Assembly (NCBI GenBank): GCA_902609285.1
Contig: CACLRL010000004.1
Location: forward strand, 2,796-66,795
Direction: 5' to 3'
DNA from: an uncultured Candidatus Actinomarina sp.
GTDB lineage: Bacteria > Actinomycetota > Acidimicrobiia > Actinomarinales > Actinomarinaceae
Length of the DNA stretch: 64,000 bases
Below the pieces are notes generated by a model that saw only the letters and a program-made list of their open reading frames with translations, was not told where the DNA came from and searched no databases. The first letter of the stretch is position 1. Each line of letters begins with the position of its first letter. Positions 50,238 through 58,876 of the stretch are shown piece after piece. Position numbers and translations under genes: made by a program.

Positions 50238-51797
50238 GTGATAAAAATTATTAAATTATTTTTACCAAGCTTTGCAAGCTTTAAGGGTGTAAGGACAGAG
50301 ATTAAAAACACTTCAGTATCCAGAGAAAGATTTATTGACTTTCTTAAGGTAATTGGATTAACGATGATAATTTTTAATACATTTTACCTAATTAGATTTT
50401 CTGACTCTTACGGTGAGTATCTTATATACAATTTATCTTTTGATGATTCACTTATAACAACGTATACATGGTTTACAGCTGGAATGACCTTATTTTTCTT
50501 TTCTGTAGGGTTTACAAATAAAATAGCATGGTATGCAAATGTTGGTAGAGATGGCAGTCAATGGAAATTTTTAACAGATAGGGTCAATGCATTATTAGGA
50601 CCTGTAATTGTCTGGATTTCAGTAGTAACATTAATTCTTAATATTTACTCAAGGGCATATAGCCTTCCGCTTTTTTTTACTAGTCAAGATGACGGCGTAG
50701 TTCCTTTAACAGAATTTATAATGTGGCCTTTATGGCTTGTATCAATATATCTTGTGGTTGTAATTTTTTCACCATTAACTTTATTTTTACATAAGACAAA
50801 TCCATATTTAACTTTATCAATATTTATCATTTCAACTATAGCTATTGATACATTTGATTTTTCCTTAGCTTTCTCATATTTGAAACTAATAAATTACTTA
50901 ATATTTTGGCTTGCAATTCATCAATTTGGGTATTTTTTTGCTGATGGAAAAATATTTTCATATAAGTTATCTTTTTTTACGAGCTTATCAGTTATAACTT
51001 TTGGATATTTATTTTATAGACTTTATTCATCAAGTGATTTTATGTCACTTTCAAGCTATAGATTAATTGCTAACTCAAATGAAGATCCACCAACTATTTA
51101 TTACTTAGTTGCTTCAATAGGTTTGGCATCATTATTTTTACTTTTAAGAAAACCTATAGAAAAATTTTTAGAAAATAATATCATATGGAATTTATTTTCT
51201 TTTTTTCATGCAAATATTTTTACTTTATTTCTTTGGCACATGTTTGTCTTGTTTTATATTTACATTTTTAAGATAAACCCTGTTTTTTATTTTGCAATTC
51301 TCATAGTTTTTGCATTAATATTTGGTGATTATGAAAGATCAGTATTTAAATTATCACCAAACTTGATTCGAAGAGTAAATCCATTGCAACCATGGCCAGG
51401 CCCTATGAAAGCGAAGTTATCATACAGTAATTTTTCGCTTGCATGGATTTCGTCAATTTTGATTCTAATTGGTATTTTTCAAGTCACTCTTGGTGGAATA
51501 GGATTATCAGGTTTTTTTACTTTAAGAAATCTATATTTTCTCACTGGAAATACATTTGAAGCACTTGTCAAAATTGGAACGGGTTTATTATTGTTAAATT
51601 TAACAGTAAGAAGAGGTGATTTAAAAAATATTGTATTAATTGTTTCAGCTGGTTTTCAAGTCATTATTTTATTTTCAAGAAATATTTTGTATAATGAAAT
51701 ATCACAATTTGAACTTTATTTTTCACTCGGTCTGATTACATTTTTTCTTTATATTGCTTTCATAAATCGTAACTATAAAACAAAAACTTCGGTCTAA
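50238..51797 (+). CDS. Large polytopic membrane protein, possibly acyltransferase-3 family
   Basis: 519 aa with more than 10 TM helices. The N-terminal RERFIDFLKVIGLTMII resembles the R-x-x-x-D-x-LRG start of acyltransferase_3 proteins. Assignment is weak. Confidence 0.4.
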   Translation: MIKIIKLFLPSFASFKGVRTEIKNTSVSRERFIDFLKVIGLTMIIFNTFYLIRFSDSYGEYLIYNLSFDDSLITTYTWFTAGMTLFFFSVGFTNKIAWYANVGRDGSQWKFLTDRVNALLGPVIVWISVVTLILNIYSRAYSLPLFFTSQDDGVVPLTEFIMWPLWLVSIYLVVVIFSPLTLFLHKTNPYLTLSIFIISTIAIDTFDFSLAFSYLKLINYLIFWLAIHQFGYFFADGKIFSYKLSFFTSLSVITFGYLFYRLYSSSDFMSLSSYRLIANSNEDPPTIYYLVASIGLASLFLLLRKPIEKFLENNIIWNLFSFFHANIFTLFLWHMFVLFYIYIFKINPVFYFAILIVFALIFGDYERSVFKLSPNLIRRVNPLQPWPGPMKAKLSYSNFSLAWISSILILIGIFQVTLGGIGLSGFFTLRNLYFLTGNTFEALVKIGTGLLLLNLTVRRGDLKNIVLIVSAGFQVIILFSRNILYNEISQFELYFSLGLITFFLYIAFINRNYKTKTSV

Positions 51798-51802
51798 ATG
51801 TA

Positions 51803-52837
51803 ATGAATAACTTTAAAGGTGAAACTCGTCAGGCACTATTAAATAGGGCTTTTCTTTACATTATATTAATTGGCGTAGCATCAGTAATTCTGCTTAGGGT
51901 CAGATCTTTAATTTTTGATTTATTTGTAGCTGTGGTTCTATCTGTTCTCGCAGAACCAATAGTTTACAGACTTTCAAAAAAATTTAACAGAAGGCTCTCT
52001 GCAATTATTACAGTTTCAGCAATTATTCTTATAATAGGTGGAATAATATTTTCGATAATACCAATAATGGTCCAAGAGTTATATTTGTTATCATCACAAA
52101 TGCCAGATTATTTAGATAATATTGTCAAATATATCAATAGTGAAGGATTTGCCATATCTAGTCAATCGCTAAATTTAGAACAAGAGTTCAATAACTTATT
52201 TAGAGAGTATGGAAGTGCTGTTGGAAATACAGTTGTATTTGCAGGAAGAAGTATTTTGAATGCTTTCTTTCATTTCTTTGTTATATTTTTCTTTTCGTTT
52301 TATTTAATAGCTGAAGGTGATGGCTGGAGAATTAAATTAAAGGAGGCTTTGCCCAATAATATATCAAATGCAATTGATCAAGTATGGACAATAGGTGTTT
52401 CAAAAGCTGGTGGTTGGATTGCTGCAAGAGTAATTCTTGGTATTTTAGCTAGCATTGTTTTTACCATATCTTTTCTTATAATAGGTCTTCCTTCACCATT
52501 CGCTCTAGGAATTTCAGCTGGATTATTATCTCAATTAGTACCGGCAGTTGGTACATTTCTAGGTGGCATTGTCCCTGTTTTAGCTTCTATATCTTTAGGT
52601 CCAACATATATTGTATATACTCTTGTTGTGTTGACAGCTTATCAATTCCTTGAAAACTACTTTATTAGCCCACGTGTTACAAGAGTTACTATGGTGATAC
52701 ATCCAGCTGTTGCAGTATTTGCTACTTTATTTGGTGCTTATACAGCTGGAGTAATAGGTGCTGTTCTAGCATTACCAATTGCGGCCACCATTCAAGGTAT
52801 AATTGAAATACTTTTAGAAAATAAACAAAATGAATAA
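51803..52837 (+). CDS. AI-2E (PerM/YdiK) family transporter
   Basis: 344 aa with about 8 TM helices and the characteristic P-x-A-L-x-x-G...P-x-x-G region (PSPFALGISAGLLSQLVPAVG). Confidence 0.7.
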   Translation: MNNFKGETRQALLNRAFLYIILIGVASVILLRVRSLIFDLFVAVVLSVLAEPIVYRLSKKFNRRLSAIITVSAIILIIGGIIFSIIPIMVQELYLLSSQMPDYLDNIVKYINSEGFAISSQSLNLEQEFNNLFREYGSAVGNTVVFAGRSILNAFFHFFVIFFFSFYLIAEGDGWRIKLKEALPNNISNAIDQVWTIGVSKAGGWIAARVILGILASIVFTISFLIIGLPSPFALGISAGLLSQLVPAVGTFLGGIVPVLASISLGPTYIVYTLVVLTAYQFLENYFISPRVTRVTMVIHPAVAVFATLFGAYTAGVIGAVLALPIAATIQGIIEILLENKQNE

Positions 52838-53123
52838 TTTTATTAATTTATCAACAAATGCAATAAAAACTGCTGACTCTCTTTTTCAACACGCTAAGGA
52901 AGAAACATATGATGAAGTTGAAGATTCAATTAAATCACTAAAGAAAAACTTTAAAGCTGGAAATTATTTTGCAATAGCAACATTTTTCATTATATTTGGT
53001 CTTTCAAACGTACTAACACAATTGTTTACAGGTAATTTTTTTATACAAGCAATGGTTTACTTCTCATTGTCTTTTCTTTGCATACTGTCATTTAGTTTGA
53101 TTATATGGAGATTATTAAAGTGA
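52830..53123 (+). CDS. Hypothetical membrane protein (97 aa, 2 TM)
   Basis: 8-nt overlap with the upstream gene. Polar N-terminal half and two C-terminal TM helices. Confidence 0.4.
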   Translation: MNNFINLSTNAIKTADSLFQHAKEETYDEVEDSIKSLKKNFKAGNYFAIATFFIIFGLSNVLTQLFTGNFFIQAMVYFSLSFLCILSFSLIIWRLLK

Positions 53124-53272
53124 CCAAATTTAAAAATAATTTCTCTAATTTAAAAAATAGTATTAACAGTGAGAATTCAAGAATTGTTAGTTTTTTGATC
53201 TATGGTATATTCATTGGAAGACTTTATGAAAAAATAAAAAAATTTAAAAGAAATATACGTTTTAAAAAATGA
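53120..53272 (+). CDS. Candidate small ORF (50 aa, basic, one hydrophobic segment)
   Basis: Not in the ORF track. GTG 53120 overlaps the upstream TGA (GTGA). It translates as VTKFKNNFSNLKNSINSENSRIVSFLIYGIFIGRLYEKIKKFKRNIRFKK, and its stop overlaps the next ATG (ATGA). Confidence 0.25.
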   Translation: MTKFKNNFSNLKNSINSENSRIVSFLIYGIFIGRLYEKIKKFKRNIRFKK

Positions 53273-53358
53273 ATAAGTCATTACAAAAATTTGTTGCTGT
53301 AGCTATATCTGCTGGTGTGGTTTTATCTACAATTGCATACTTTCTGTTATTACTGTAA
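53269..53358 (+). CDS. Candidate small ORF (29 aa, single TM)
   Basis: Not in the ORF track. It translates as MNKSLQKFVAVAISAGVVLSTIAYFLLLL. ATGA-coupled to the previous small ORF, and it ends 6 nt before trmI. Confidence 0.3.
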   Translation: MNKSLQKFVAVAISAGVVLSTIAYFLLLL

Positions 53359-53364
53359 AAAATA

Positions 53365-54144
53365 GTGAAATTTGATAATACTGTTGTTGTTTTTAAATCA
53401 GGCAACACAAAACATTTGTCAGTAATACAAGAAGATCAAACTTTTTTTTCACAAAATGGAACTATTCAGCATAATGATATAAAAACATTACCTACAACAG
53501 TTAAGACTTCTCAGAATCAAGACTATGAAGTTTATATTCCCTCATTTGATGAATTCATTTTACTAATGAAAAGAGGCCCTCAAATAATTTACCCAAAAGA
53601 TATTGGGTCAATAATAATTTCAGGAAATATTAGTAAATTTTCAAACATTTTAGAAATTGGTACTGGTTCTGGAGCTTTAACTCTTTATCTAAGCTTGATT
53701 TTAGACAAAGATAGTAATCTTATAACCTTAGATGAAAGTAATAAAAATCAAAGAAGAGCCAAAAAAACAATTGAAAGATATGTTTCATCAAACCATGCTA
53801 AAAACAAATTTCCAGAAATAGAATATTTAAATTTACAACTTTCAGATTTTAAATTTGATGATGTGAGTAAAAAAGTAGATACTGTAATTACTGACATTCC
53901 TGAGCCCTGGGAATTTTTTGATAACAATTCTGTAAAGCAAAATTTACAATGGATTTCTTATTTACCGTCAATTACACAAGTACAAAAAATCGTTACTGAA
54001 CTTTCCAAAAATGATTTTATCAATATCAATGTAACTGAAACTTTAAATCGAGAATGGATAGTAGACAAAAGAATAGTGAGGCCAAAAAATGAAATGGTTG
54101 GTCATACAGGCTTTGTGGTTAGTGGAAGGCTTTTGTTTAGCTAG
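53365..54144 (+). CDS. trmI: tRNA (adenine58-N1)-methyltransferase TrmI (GCD14 family)
   Basis: GTG start. RGPQIIYPKDIG, LEIGTGSGALTLYL, DIPEPW and GHTGF motifs. Confidence 0.85.
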   Translation: MKFDNTVVVFKSGNTKHLSVIQEDQTFFSQNGTIQHNDIKTLPTTVKTSQNQDYEVYIPSFDEFILLMKRGPQIIYPKDIGSIIISGNISKFSNILEIGTGSGALTLYLSLILDKDSNLITLDESNKNQRRAKKTIERYVSSNHAKNKFPEIEYLNLQLSDFKFDDVSKKVDTVITDIPEPWEFFDNNSVKQNLQWISYLPSITQVQKIVTELSKNDFININVTETLNREWIVDKRIVRPKNEMVGHTGFVVSGRLLFS

Positions 54145-54385
54145 GTTCAATCATTATGCATTCACCTGGGCATTCTTCGGCTGATTCAATCACAGCTTCC
54201 TCTTGTCCTTTTGGAACTACTGCTAAACCTTGCGCTCCGCCTACATTACCATCTTCTTCAGAAAATATTTTGTCTCCTTCTTTTACATAAAAAAGACCAT
54301 CATCTTTTCCAACAAAAACGTCGGGGCAGATTTCTTCACAAAGGCCATCACCTGTGCATAAATCTTGATCAATCCAAACTTTCAT
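54137..54385 (-). CDS. Ferredoxin (single-cluster, actinobacterial type)
   Basis: MKVWIDQDLCTGDGLCEEICPDVF ... AEECPGECI. The start is placed at the Met preceding the conserved VWID; the longest ORF extends to 54424. Confidence 0.8.
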   Translation of the reverse strand: MKVWIDQDLCTGDGLCEEICPDVFVGKDDGLFYVKEGDKIFSEEDGNVGGAQGLAVVPKGQEEAVIESAEECPGECIMIEPS

Positions 54386-54471
54386 ATCTTTATAATACAT
54401 AAGTTTTGCTTTATACAAATACATCAGTTAAAAATAATTATTAAATTTAAATACAATAAAGTTAGGTATTA

Positions 54472-55299
54472 ATGAAAAATGTATTTAAAAGAGGACTTAA
54501 ATTATTGACTTTGTTCTCTTCAAATAGTGAAAATATAACTACAGATTTTATCAAGGATAATGTTTCAGATTATCGTGAATTAGGTGATTCTGCTTTTAAA
54601 CGCTCTTTTGAAAGAGATAAATCATTGTTAAAAGAAATGGGATATTTAATTGAATTTGATAATGATAAGTGGAAACTGTCTGATGGCTATACAATATCAG
54701 GCACAAGAATTATCGAAGAAATTAAAAAAAATAAGAATATTGACACAAATAGATTCATAAACATTTACCAAATCATTAAAAGATATTTGAATTTAAATTA
54801 TGAATTTGAAAAGCAAAGTAAAAACATTTCAAAGATTGTTCAAGCCATTAATGAAAAAAGACGTATATCTTTTAAATACAAAAAATCTGTTAGAAAGGTG
54901 TATCCGCTTGGCCTTAAACAATATGATAGCCAGTGGTATGTAGGAGTAAATGAACAATCTATATTTAAAACATTTAAATTAAGCAATATAGATGATTTAA
55001 AAATTGGATCAATACCTAATTTACATAACTTTGATAATGTCAAGATTAATTTTTCATGGGAAGAAAGCATGACACCTTTGTTATTAACTATTGAACTGTT
55101 TAAAGACAGTTATTTCATTTTTAAAAATAAATTTACTCATAAAGTAAAAAATAAAAAAATATTTAAAGATAAATTAACAATTGAATTACAAACATACGAC
55201 CTTCAAGGGTTGACTCAATTCCTACTTTTGACTGAAAGTGAAATAATTAAAATTACACAAGCTGAAAAAAATAAGTTATTGGAATTTATTAATGAATAA
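54472..55299 (+). CDS. PafB-like HTH/WYL-domain transcriptional regulator
   Basis: The N-terminal pattern ...LKLLTLF...AFKRSFERDKSLLKEMGY matches the PafB/PafC-type HTH region (AF-R-x-FERDK-x-x-L-x-E-x-G). There is a WYL-like YDSQWYVGV. It sits upstream of tatA/tatC/helicase as in Actinobacteria. Confidence 0.6.
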   Translation: MKNVFKRGLKLLTLFSSNSENITTDFIKDNVSDYRELGDSAFKRSFERDKSLLKEMGYLIEFDNDKWKLSDGYTISGTRIIEEIKKNKNIDTNRFINIYQIIKRYLNLNYEFEKQSKNISKIVQAINEKRRISFKYKKSVRKVYPLGLKQYDSQWYVGVNEQSIFKTFKLSNIDDLKIGSIPNLHNFDNVKINFSWEESMTPLLLTIELFKDSYFIFKNKFTHKVKNKKIFKDKLTIELQTYDLQGLTQFLLLTESEIIKITQAEKNKLLEFINE

Positions 55300-56146
55300 G
55301 AAACTTAAATTTCAGGATTTTACTTTTTTAATTAATATAATTAAGAATCAAGACAACTGGGACATACAAGAACTAGCCAACAAGCTCAGTGTAGATCTTG
55401 ACACCCTCCTTTATATGCTTAACATTATGTCCGAGGTTTATTCTGCTAATGGTGAAAGTTTTATTAATTTTGATTTGGATTTATCAAAAAATAGTATATC
55501 TTTTGATTATTCAATGGAATTAAAGGATCTAGAAACTATTACTGATTTTGAACTTTTTAAAATTTATAATATTTTAACTAGCCAAGATAAAGTTGATATC
55601 AAAAACATTAAAAAAAATGACTTATCATTTTTAATTGATACATTAGAAATATTTTTTGATGAGAAATCAAAAATAATCAAAGATGATTATTTATCAATTT
55701 TTTTAGAAAACGAAGTAAATATTGAGTATATAAAAATAGGCAGAAAAAATGTTAGGATTTACTCAATAAAGCCAATATCAATATCTAATAATTCTGATGG
55801 AAACGTAATAGAAGCTATTGATTTAAATGACAATAAAATTAAAACATTTTTAGTTAATAGAATTTTGTCAGTTGGAGATTTAGATCCAGATAATTCTACT
55901 AAGAAGGATAATTCTAAAAATATTGAAGTTGAATTTAACATTTATTCTGAAAAATCAATAAGTAAATTAAATGAAGATAAACTCAAAATGAACAATGAAA
56001 TATATACTTATATATTCAGGGATTATTACGTAGCTATGGAATATTTTCTAGAAAATTTTAAAGATGTAAAGATTCTTTCACCTGAAAAACTTAAAAATGA
56101 ATTTAATGACAACATTAATAAATTAAGAATTAAGGTAAGTAAATGA
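55292..56146 (+). CDS. PafC-like HTH/WYL-domain regulator
   Basis: It is the second paralogous-looking regulator, overlapping the first by 8 nt. It has an N-terminal wHTH-like region (IQELANKLSVDLDTLLYMLNIM) and a WYL-like beta segment (VRIYSIKPISI...IKTFLVNRILSV). Confidence 0.5.
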   Translation: MNKKLKFQDFTFLINIIKNQDNWDIQELANKLSVDLDTLLYMLNIMSEVYSANGESFINFDLDLSKNSISFDYSMELKDLETITDFELFKIYNILTSQDKVDIKNIKKNDLSFLIDTLEIFFDEKSKIIKDDYLSIFLENEVNIEYIKIGRKNVRIYSIKPISISNNSDGNVIEAIDLNDNKIKTFLVNRILSVGDLDPDNSTKKDNSKNIEVEFNIYSEKSISKLNEDKLKMNNEIYTYIFRDYYVAMEYFLENFKDVKILSPEKLKNEFNDNINKLRIKVSK

Positions 56147-56319
56147 CCTTAACTGAATTAGTGTTGATACTATTTGTTTCACTTGGCATTTTAGATAAAA
56201 AAAAATTGAAGAAATACTTTGATACATTTTCTGACTATAACAAAGGACCTTCGAGAACAATCATTGGAGATTCTAGTTTGAATGAAAACTGGAAATGGAT
56301 TGGTGAAGAAGAGGAATGA
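56143..56319 (+). CDS. Candidate TatA/E-like small membrane protein (58 aa, divergent)
   Basis: Not in the ORF track. It translates as MTLTELVLILFVSLGILDKKKLKKYFDTFSDYNKGPSRTIIGDSSLNENWKWIGEEEE. It is ATGA-coupled to both the upstream regulator and downstream tatC. It has a short TM, a Gly hinge, a basic amphipathic segment and an acidic tail. Confidence 0.4.
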   Translation: MTLTELVLILFVSLGILDKKKLKKYFDTFSDYNKGPSRTIIGDSSLNENWKWIGEEEE

Positions 56320-57014
56320 AAAAAACTTTTTTTGAACATCTAAAAGAACTGAATCTAAGAATCGTTATTTCATTTTCATTAATTATTATCTTTTCTATTT
56401 TTATCTATTTAAGATATCCAGTATTTATAGAAGTATTGAACGAACCACTTATAAATGCAGGATATGATAAATCGAATATATTTTCTTTAACAATTTATGA
56501 AGGTTTTCAGGTTAAGATTACAAATGTTTTTTTAATATCTTTACTTTTATTACTTCCATTAACAATTTTAAATCTTAGTTTCTTTTTTAAGCCTGCGTTA
56601 ATTGATTTATCTTGGCTTTCTTTCCTTCTATACAATTTATTTTTTACAATTTTTTATTATCTTGGTATCTATGCAGCTTTAAATTTGAGCTCTTATGGGA
56701 TTGAATTTTTGCTTTCATTTAATGAAAATGAAGTCATACTTCGATCACAAAATTACTATCAATTCATTATCCGACTAACTTTTTTATTTGCTATTACATT
56801 TCAACTTCCATTAATCACATTATTTCTTTTAAATAAAAAATTATTAAATATTGATCTCTTAACAACAAATAGACCTGAGCTGTTTATCTTCATTTTAATT
56901 TTATCAGCTATAGTCACTCCTACAGGAGATCCTGTAACATTATTTGCATTCACCATACCTTTATATTTACTAATTGAAATCGTAATATTTATACATAAAA
57001 AAACTTCAAAGTGA
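56316..57014 (+). CDS. tatC: Twin-arginine translocase subunit TatC
   Basis: FFEHLKELNLRIV N-terminus, six TM helices, and PTGDPVT near TM5/6. Confidence 0.85.
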   Translation: MKKTFFEHLKELNLRIVISFSLIIIFSIFIYLRYPVFIEVLNEPLINAGYDKSNIFSLTIYEGFQVKITNVFLISLLLLLPLTILNLSFFFKPALIDLSWLSFLLYNLFFTIFYYLGIYAALNLSSYGIEFLLSFNENEVILRSQNYYQFIIRLTFLFAITFQLPLITLFLLNKKLLNIDLLTTNRPELFIFILILSAIVTPTGDPVTLFAFTIPLYLLIEIVIFIHKKTSK

Positions 57015-58876
57015 ATTATGAATTAGATTCTTTTCAAGTTGATGCAATTGAATCTTTGTATAAAAACTTAAATGTACTTGTTACAGCACCTACTGGCGCT
57101 GGTAAAACAATAATTGCAGAACGGGGTATTGAAGAGTATTTAGATAAGGGAAATAGAGTAATTTACACAACACCAATAAAAGCTTTATCAAACCAAAAGT
57201 ACCATGACTTCTTAAATTCTGGATTTGAGACAGGTCTTTTAACAGGTGACCGAAATGAGAATCCAGATGCAGGCCTGATAATAGCTACAACGGAAATTTT
57301 AAGAAATATGATATTCACTAACGATGAGAGAATAAATGATATTGGTTTAGTTGTGCTTGATGAAGTTCATTACTTAGCTGATAAAGAACGTGGATCTACT
57401 TGGGAAGAAATTATCATTCACTTACCAAAAGATATAAAATTATTATGCTTATCTGCAACTATTGGAAATCAAAATGAATTTTTAAACTGGATTGTATCTC
57501 AAAGAGGTCCTACAGATTTAATTCAATCTAAGATTCGTCCAGTTCCTTTAGAAATTTCTTTGATCACAGCGTTTAAAGATGATGAACAAATATTAGCTAT
57601 TAAAAGCACAGAGGATAAAAGAAATAAACCTATTTTTAAACTAGATAAAAAATTCAAAAGATTCAGGAAGCCATCTTTGTCTGATCAAATTTCGTATATT
57701 ATGAATAAAAAAGCAACGCCGTGCATTTTATTTTATTTTTCACGTGAAAAAGTTGAAAATAAAGCAAGATATGCTGCAAATTTAAATTTTAAAATTAAAA
57801 AGAATGTTCAGTTAAGAGATTTGTTCGAAAATATTTTTGACGACATTACTAATGAAGAATATCAACTTTTGAACTTAGACGAACTTTATTGGATGTGGTC
57901 ACGAGGGGTTGCTTACCATCATGCTGGTTTGGCTCCAATTGTTAAAGAATTTGTTGAGTTTTTGTTTATAAATAGACACATAGATATTCTTTTTGCAACA
58001 GAGACACTTTCCCTAGGAATTAATATGCCGGCGAAATCTATTGTTATTGATTCATCATTTAAATTTGACGGATTAAAAACTAGATTAATTTCAAAATCTG
58101 AATTCTTACAACTTACAGGTAGAGCCGGTAGAAGAGGAATTGATTCAAAGGGATATGCTTATATAAATTATGATAAAAGAGTTGAGAACAATTGGTACAA
58201 CGACTTATTTGATCTGAAACCAAATAATCTAAAATCCTCTTATTCAAATTCGTATGGATCGGTACTTAATTTAAATAATAAATATGGTGAAAAAAAAGGT
58301 ATTGAAATGATTAAAAAAAGTTTTTATTCATATCAAAATCAATTAAACGACAAAGCCCTTGAAACTAACTATAAAGCAAAATTAAAAGTCTTAAATGAAA
58401 TGAATTATTTTACTGATTTAAAAAAGAATAAATTATTAACTGAAACTCATAGAGATAACTTGATATTAGGAATTGAACTGTTGAATGAAAATAATGATAT
58501 TGAATTTTGTCTCATGTTTCTTGCTTCTGGTATATCAACATCAAAATATGAAATATCAGTTCATGATAAATATCATGATTTGTTAACTAAATATCTAATC
58601 ACACAAGAAAAAGTAAATAAACTTGAAGCATTTAGTGGGGTTAAAAATAAAATCAATTTAGACATTACTTGGTTTAGTATTTTTTTAGAATTTTATAATT
58701 CTGAGAATATTGAATACACATTAAGTAAATTTAATGTAACACTGGGGGATTTTATTAAAGCTTGCCGAGAAGCATCTGAAATTTCACAAAAAGTCTATTC
58801 AATTTATGAGATTGAAAACTTTGATAAAATTGCAAAAAAATTAAAACATAATATTATTCAGAAAACTATGATATGA
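57011..58876 (+). CDS. Ski2/HelY-like DEAD/DEAH-box helicase (short form)
   Basis: GTG start. APTGAGKT (motif I), LDEVHY (motif II), SAT (III) and QLTGRAGRRG (VI). It follows tatC as helY does in Actinobacteria. Confidence 0.85.
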   Translation: MNYELDSFQVDAIESLYKNLNVLVTAPTGAGKTIIAERGIEEYLDKGNRVIYTTPIKALSNQKYHDFLNSGFETGLLTGDRNENPDAGLIIATTEILRNMIFTNDERINDIGLVVLDEVHYLADKERGSTWEEIIIHLPKDIKLLCLSATIGNQNEFLNWIVSQRGPTDLIQSKIRPVPLEISLITAFKDDEQILAIKSTEDKRNKPIFKLDKKFKRFRKPSLSDQISYIMNKKATPCILFYFSREKVENKARYAANLNFKIKKNVQLRDLFENIFDDITNEEYQLLNLDELYWMWSRGVAYHHAGLAPIVKEFVEFLFINRHIDILFATETLSLGINMPAKSIVIDSSFKFDGLKTRLISKSEFLQLTGRAGRRGIDSKGYAYINYDKRVENNWYNDLFDLKPNNLKSSYSNSYGSVLNLNNKYGEKKGIEMIKKSFYSYQNQLNDKALETNYKAKLKVLNEMNYFTDLKKNKLLTETHRDNLILGIELLNENNDIEFCLMFLASGISTSKYEISVHDKYHDLLTKYLITQEKVNKLEAFSGVKNKINLDITWFSIFLEFYNSENIEYTLSKFNVTLGDFIKACREASEISQKVYSIYEIENFDKIAKKLKHNIIQKTMI

